Source: Guillardia theta CCMP2712 | Taxonomy: Eukaryota > Protista > Cryptophyta | NCBI RefSeq assembly: GCF_000315625.1 | Contig: NW_005434527.1 | Span: 37,941 to 101,940, forward strand | DNA: 64,000 bases | Reading direction: 5' to 3' | Part shown: positions 59,815-64,000 of the stretch, piece by piece | Layout of the letters: each line of letters starts with the position of its first letter | How positions within the stretch are numbered: the stretch's first letter is position 1 | Notes under the pieces: generated by a model | What the model was told of the DNA's origin: nothing | Seen by the model: only the letters and a program-made list of their open reading frames with translations | The model's database searches: none | Translations under genes and position numbers: made by a program

Positions 59815-62469
59815 TCATGCGATGCTCTCCGGTGGCGTCCTGGAACCTTGTTCGTCTGTGCCCATCGAGGAAGTTCGATCCACGTAGGCGAACCCCAGGG
59901 AACCGTAGGGAGGAGGAGGATGAGGCGGAGAGGTCTCCTCCATAGCTCCTGGTAGCATCTCGTCGTCGAGGTCCTCCACGCGGAGGAAGGGGGGAGATCG
60001 AGGAAAGTGATCGTCTCCTACTGGCGTGATACTGAGCGGAATCACGAGGGTGGCAAAGGTTGAAGACTTGCTGCTGCTCAGCTTCCGCAGGTGAACAGGA
60101 GAGGGGACGTCTTCCTCCGTCGTGATGCTGTTCATCCTCCTGCTCGCCATGAAAGCGGTGAAGCCGCAGAGGAAGGTGAAGGCGAGGCCGCCGACAATGC
60201 TGGTGCTGAGGATGAGGCCCAGGTGGTTCTCCGGGACGATGTCTTGGATGTAGAGGGCGACGACGAGGGGGAGGCTGCCGTTGACCGCCTTGAGCTCCTC
60301 GTTGTATGAAGCGACGGAGAGGACGCGCTTGACGAAGGCAGGGTCGTCAGCTCGGAGCGAGACTGTGAAGACGGAGGAGGTTAACTTCTCCTCCACGCGA
60401 CGAGACAGCCCTATGTCCTGCAAGTTGAGTCTGCAGAGGAGGGAGAGAGCCTCCAAGTACTGCCCTGACAAACTCCTCAAGTTGCTGGCGCTTGTCGCCA
60501 CCTCCACGAGCACCCGGAGGTTGTCCCGATCAAGCTTGCTGAGGGGGAAGGCGGCGGGAGGAGCAGGCGTCGAGCTTGTAGTGAGCGGAGGAAAGGAGGG
60601 GCTGGAGGACATGCTCATGTAAGAGGAGAAGTGGAGGGTGTCGGTGTAGGTCAGGTTGCTCCCTTCCACCCGCCCTCCCTCCATCCTCACCCAAGGAGGA
60701 AACTTGGTCTCGTCCTTGTAGTAGACGTGCACTTCATGCCCCGCCGGTACCTGCGAGGGGTCGAACGGCAGAAAGATTCTGACAGGTTTCTGAAATGTCA
60801 GCCCAGGAGGGCCGAAGTCCAGCACAGGCCCAGCAGGGCCGAGGGAGGAGGCCTGGATGCCGAGGTCGAGAGGCTTGTCGAGCTGGAAGACTTTGACGCT
60901 GATGGTCTGGTCCGAGCTGAGAGCCGAGGGAGGGACTTGCACCCCCACACCAGCCGCGCTCCTGACCGCTCCTCCTGCTGTAGCCTGCAGACGGCGAGGA
61001 GGGGGGGAGCTGGCGGCGTCGAAGACAGCGCTCTGGTTGCAGTCGAAGCCGAAGAAACCTTCAGAGCAGACGCACGAACGTGCGACGACGATCCCCCAGC
61101 AGACGAACTCGCAACTATCGCCGAACATACGAGGAGGGCAGCTGGTGACGGGGAGCGTGACGATGGCGGGCAGGGAGGCAAAGTCGTGCTGGATGACCGA
61201 GAAGTTGGCGACTTCCAGGACGCAGTTGGAGCAGGAGACTGAGAGAGCTGAGGAGTTCTGCTGGACGGGAGGGTTCTCGAGGATGAAGGAGAAGAAGAGA
61301 GAGGAGTTGGAAGGGACGTCGTGCAGAACCTTTACCGCGAGCTCCTTGCTGACGTCATCCCACGCCCCCTGCGAGCTGAGATGCTCGCCAGTGACCTGGA
61401 TGGAGGAGGCAGGGGAGTGAAACCCGTGGAAGCCGCTAAAAGTGACCGAGGAGCCGCCGATGAAGCCGAAGTTGGCATGAAGGTTAAGAGTGATGGCGTT
61501 GCTCGCTGTGACGTACTGGATGGAAGAGAACACCTGAAGGGACTCGAACTGGGGCGTCTTGATCAACTGACAGGAGGAGGCCTCCTGGACCACCGAGCAG
61601 TTCCAGAAGGACTCGACGTGACATGTAGCGTCGCATCCATCTCGAGCTCGAGTGTTCCCGTCATCGCACTGCTCTCCGCCCTCGATCACTCCGTCCCCGC
61701 AGACTTCAGCTGCTGCAGTTGGTGTCGTTGAGATCAGTGATGTCTCGGCCGTAGCAGTGCTCACGACGTCCTCTGCTTTCGTAGTCGATGTCTCCTCCGC
61801 TGCTGAAGGAGTGCTGAAAGTCTCGTCCTGCGGTACTGGAGTACTAGAGCTCTCCTTGGCGGCCGCTGCGGGAGTACTCGAGCTCTCTTCTGCCGGTGCT
61901 GGGCTGCTGGACGTCTCCTCCTGCGGTGCTGGAGTACTAGAGCTCTCCTCCTCTGCTGGGGGAGTACTCGAGCTCTCGTCTGCCGGTGCTGGGGTGCTGG
62001 AAGTCTCTTCCGCTGCTGCTGGAGTACTGGAACTGGACGACTCGATGAAGTTGGAGGAGGTAGACTCGATCTGTTGCTCCTGGACTGGAGTACTAGAGCT
62101 CTCCTCCTCTGCTGCTGGAGTACTAGAGCTTTCCTCCTCTGCTGCTGGAGTACTGGAACTGGATGACTCGAGAGAGTCGGAGGAGGTGGAATCAACATTA
62201 CTGATAGGGGTGCTTGATTGGCTTGTCTCTGCGATGATAGATGTAGTCTGAGGGATGGGAGTGCTTGAGCTTGAAGAAACCATTGCATCCTCTATCGAGC
62301 TGGTGGTTGAGGGCATTTGCGGTGTGCTCGAACTTGAAGAAAGTTCTAGAGAAGTTTCGTCGAACTGGGCTGCCGCTGGTTGTGCAAGGAGAAAGAAAAC
62401 GAGGTACAGCACAAGACGTGATCTTGCACGAATGCTTCTTTCACCAAAAAGATGCTCTATCGTCTTCAT
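59815..62469 (-). CDS. type I membrane/cell-surface protein: signal peptide, Ser/Thr/Glu mucin-like repeats, Myxococcus-type Cys repeat, EGF-like, ZU5-like domain, TM
   Basis: 884-aa intronless ORF; AAEEESSSTP repeats, CGDG.IEGGEQCDDGN....DGC...C, CSEGFFGFDC, GPVLDFGPPGLTFQKPV.I.LP, TLHFSSY, LGLILSTSIVGGLAFTFLCGFTAF. Confidence 0.85.
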   Translation of the reverse strand: MKTIEHLFGERSIRARSRLVLYLVFFLLAQPAAAQFDETSLELSSSSSTPQMPSTTSSIEDAMVSSSSSTPIPQTTSIIAETSQSSTPISNVDSTSSDSLESSSSSTPAAEEESSSTPAAEEESSSTPVQEQQIESTSSNFIESSSSSTPAAAEETSSTPAPADESSSTPPAEEESSSTPAPQEETSSSPAPAEESSSTPAAAAKESSSTPVPQDETFSTPSAAEETSTTKAEDVVSTATAETSLISTTPTAAAEVCGDGVIEGGEQCDDGNTRARDGCDATCHVESFWNCSVVQEASSCQLIKTPQFESLQVFSSIQYVTASNAITLNLHANFGFIGGSSVTFSGFHGFHSPASSIQVTGEHLSSQGAWDDVSKELAVKVLHDVPSNSSLFFSFILENPPVQQNSSALSVSCSNCVLEVANFSVIQHDFASLPAIVTLPVTSCPPRMFGDSCEFVCWGIVVARSCVCSEGFFGFDCNQSAVFDAASSPPPRRLQATAGGAVRSAAGVGVQVPPSALSSDQTISVKVFQLDKPLDLGIQASSLGPAGPVLDFGPPGLTFQKPVRIFLPFDPSQVPAGHEVHVYYKDETKFPPWVRMEGGRVEGSNLTYTDTLHFSSYMSMSSSPSFPPLTTSSTPAPPAAFPLSKLDRDNLRVLVEVATSASNLRSLSGQYLEALSLLCRLNLQDIGLSRRVEEKLTSSVFTVSLRADDPAFVKRVLSVASYNEELKAVNGSLPLVVALYIQDIVPENHLGLILSTSIVGGLAFTFLCGFTAFMASRRMNSITTEEDVPSPVHLRKLSSSKSSTFATLVIPLSITPVGDDHFPRSPPFLRVEDLDDEMLPGAMEETSPPHPPPPYGSLGFAYVDRTSSMGTDEQGSRTPPESIA

Positions 62470-63199
62470 TTGTTCTATCCGCTCTGCTAACTCAAGGAAT
62501 GTGTGACCTTGCTGAAGTTCAATCTACTCCAGTACCTTGCTACCTCCTCCTACAACTCTTGCGGGCTTTTCCTTTGTTCTTCTGATCGGATCTCCTTGTT
62601 CCTCTCCTCCTCCCTCTCTCCTCTTCTCGTTTGTTCTTCAATGATCCTCTTCGCTTCTCTCTCCTTCCTTTCTTCCCTCTCCTCGCATTCCAATCCTTCG
62701 AGGCTATCCGCTTTCCTGAATCTATTGTCACGGGGGGCTGTTGTCACGGTACCACCTTCACCCACCCTACCCTCTTTTCCCCAGTCGATCGGCCCACCCC
62801 ACCCCCTGTAGACGTTGAATGTACCCCCTAGGAACGTCTTTCGATTGTCACAACCGATTGTCAAATCGAATCAAATGACCCTGCACCCCCCTTTTGGTAT
62901 TGATTTAGCACCCCTACTTTGCCGCTTCAATCGGAGAGCCGCTACGGAAGCAACTACCCCTCCTTCAGGTACCCCCCATCTCAATCTTCCACCCCTCACC
63001 CCATCTCGACTGCCCGTACCGGAGAGGTGTTTCGGTTTTTTTTTCCTCCTTGCAAATTATCCTAACGGACGGGGGTGGGGGGTAGTACCTGGCCATTCCG
63101 GGTGCGGAGGATCACAGAGGAGCCGGTGGGTCCGCAAGGGGCAGATGGGGGGTGGGGTGGGAGTACCCCATGGGTCACCTAGTAGCATGGTCACCACTG

Positions 63200-63830
63200 A
63201 GCCTAACGAGTCAGCCTTGACTGAGTACTCACTCACTGGGGGGATCCGATCGGATCACTGCAAGTGAGTAAAAGTTCCACTGAGTTCCGTCACCTCAGTA
63301 TACTGTCAGGCAGTCACATGATGGGGGTGGGGGGGGTGCCGGGCGGCCCCGCAGTGGGACCCTGGGCCCTCGGAATGGCAAGTTGCAAGGTACAGTGCCA
63401 TTAAAACTTTCGACAGTTGAGTGAAGTTCCGAAGTTCAGCGCGGGGGGACTACTAGTAGCCGTTAATCATCACTGCCATACGCGTGAGTCACAGTGGTGT
63501 CTGTGCCACGCCGTTGGATGACCTTTCGATTCGACTGTCAGTGACCGGGCCGATTCCGGCAGCGTACGGTCACGGGGGCCGGGCGCCGCCGGCCGGGCAC
63601 CGGCCCGTCGCGTGACGGTCACGGCGGATTGCTGCGCCGGGCGGCTGGCTCGTACAACTTCCCGGGGCCCGTCGCCTCAGTGTCCAGGACCAGGTCGGAC
63701 ACTGACGCGACCGGGGCCCGACGATCGGACTCAGTGCCGTGTACCGTACTGCCCGGGCCGGGCCGCGGCTCACCGTGGCACCGTGACCGGGTCACCCGAT
63801 CTGGGACTGGGAACTAATTAGCCTAGCAGT
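63200..63830. other. GC/CpG-rich intergenic island
   Basis: ccgg/gtac/tgac-rich non-coding DNA, aagtt/aaactt motifs as in the other islands. Confidence 0.6.
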
Positions 63831-64000
63831 CTGGGACACATCTAGAACATTTCTCTCCATCTAGAACACCTTCAGTTTCTGTTTGAAGGAACCGACGGGT
63901 TGGCATGAAATGCACAAACCCGTTGGTTGAGAAGCGAGAGCACATGGAGGCAGAGGAGAAGAAGCAGAAGCAGAGTGTGTGTGAGAGGAGGAGGAGGAGG

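Overview
Gene-dense eukaryotic nuclear DNA with many short spliceosomal introns (mostly about 35-65 nt), so the ORF track fragments most genes; models below were assembled by hand across GT-AG (occasionally GC-AG) junctions. Bipartite signal+transit leaders with Phe at +1 (ATNG|F, LVSS|FAP), an LRGG-ending leader, intron size and an AIRDIWxxRTW HTH protein point to an alga with a complex red plastid, most likely a cryptophyte (Guillardia/Hanusia-like; inference). About 24 protein genes: AGC-type kinase (3' part), ABCB half-transporter, beta-tubulin, pirin, CLASP_N/TOG protein, NDOR1, UBC13, EFM4-like methyltransferase, MATH-FYVE protein, PDZ protein, MSH4, TruA-type pseudouridine synthase, LRR protein, CbbY-like HAD, BAF60/SWIB, Tudor protein, RBM26/27, M13 peptidase, 2Fe-2S ferredoxin, kinesin-14, HTH protein, GTPBP1/2, DnaJ-Zn-finger/CDGSH protein and a mucin-ZU5 surface protein. 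Best leads: (1) a TOG + chromodomain-like protein carrying a signal peptide and LRGG leader (candidate periplastid/nucleomorph segregation factor); (2) a CBM20 starch-binding domain fused to kinesin-14; (3) a plastid-targeted DnaJ-Zn-finger + tandem CDGSH fusion; (4) recurrent GC-rich intergenic islands sharing an exact 30-bp motif, flanked by strand-biased GGGTA tracts; (5) MSH4 and TruA with abutting stop codons. Three assembly gaps (N runs). No rRNA, tRNA, CRISPR or autonomous transposon recognised.
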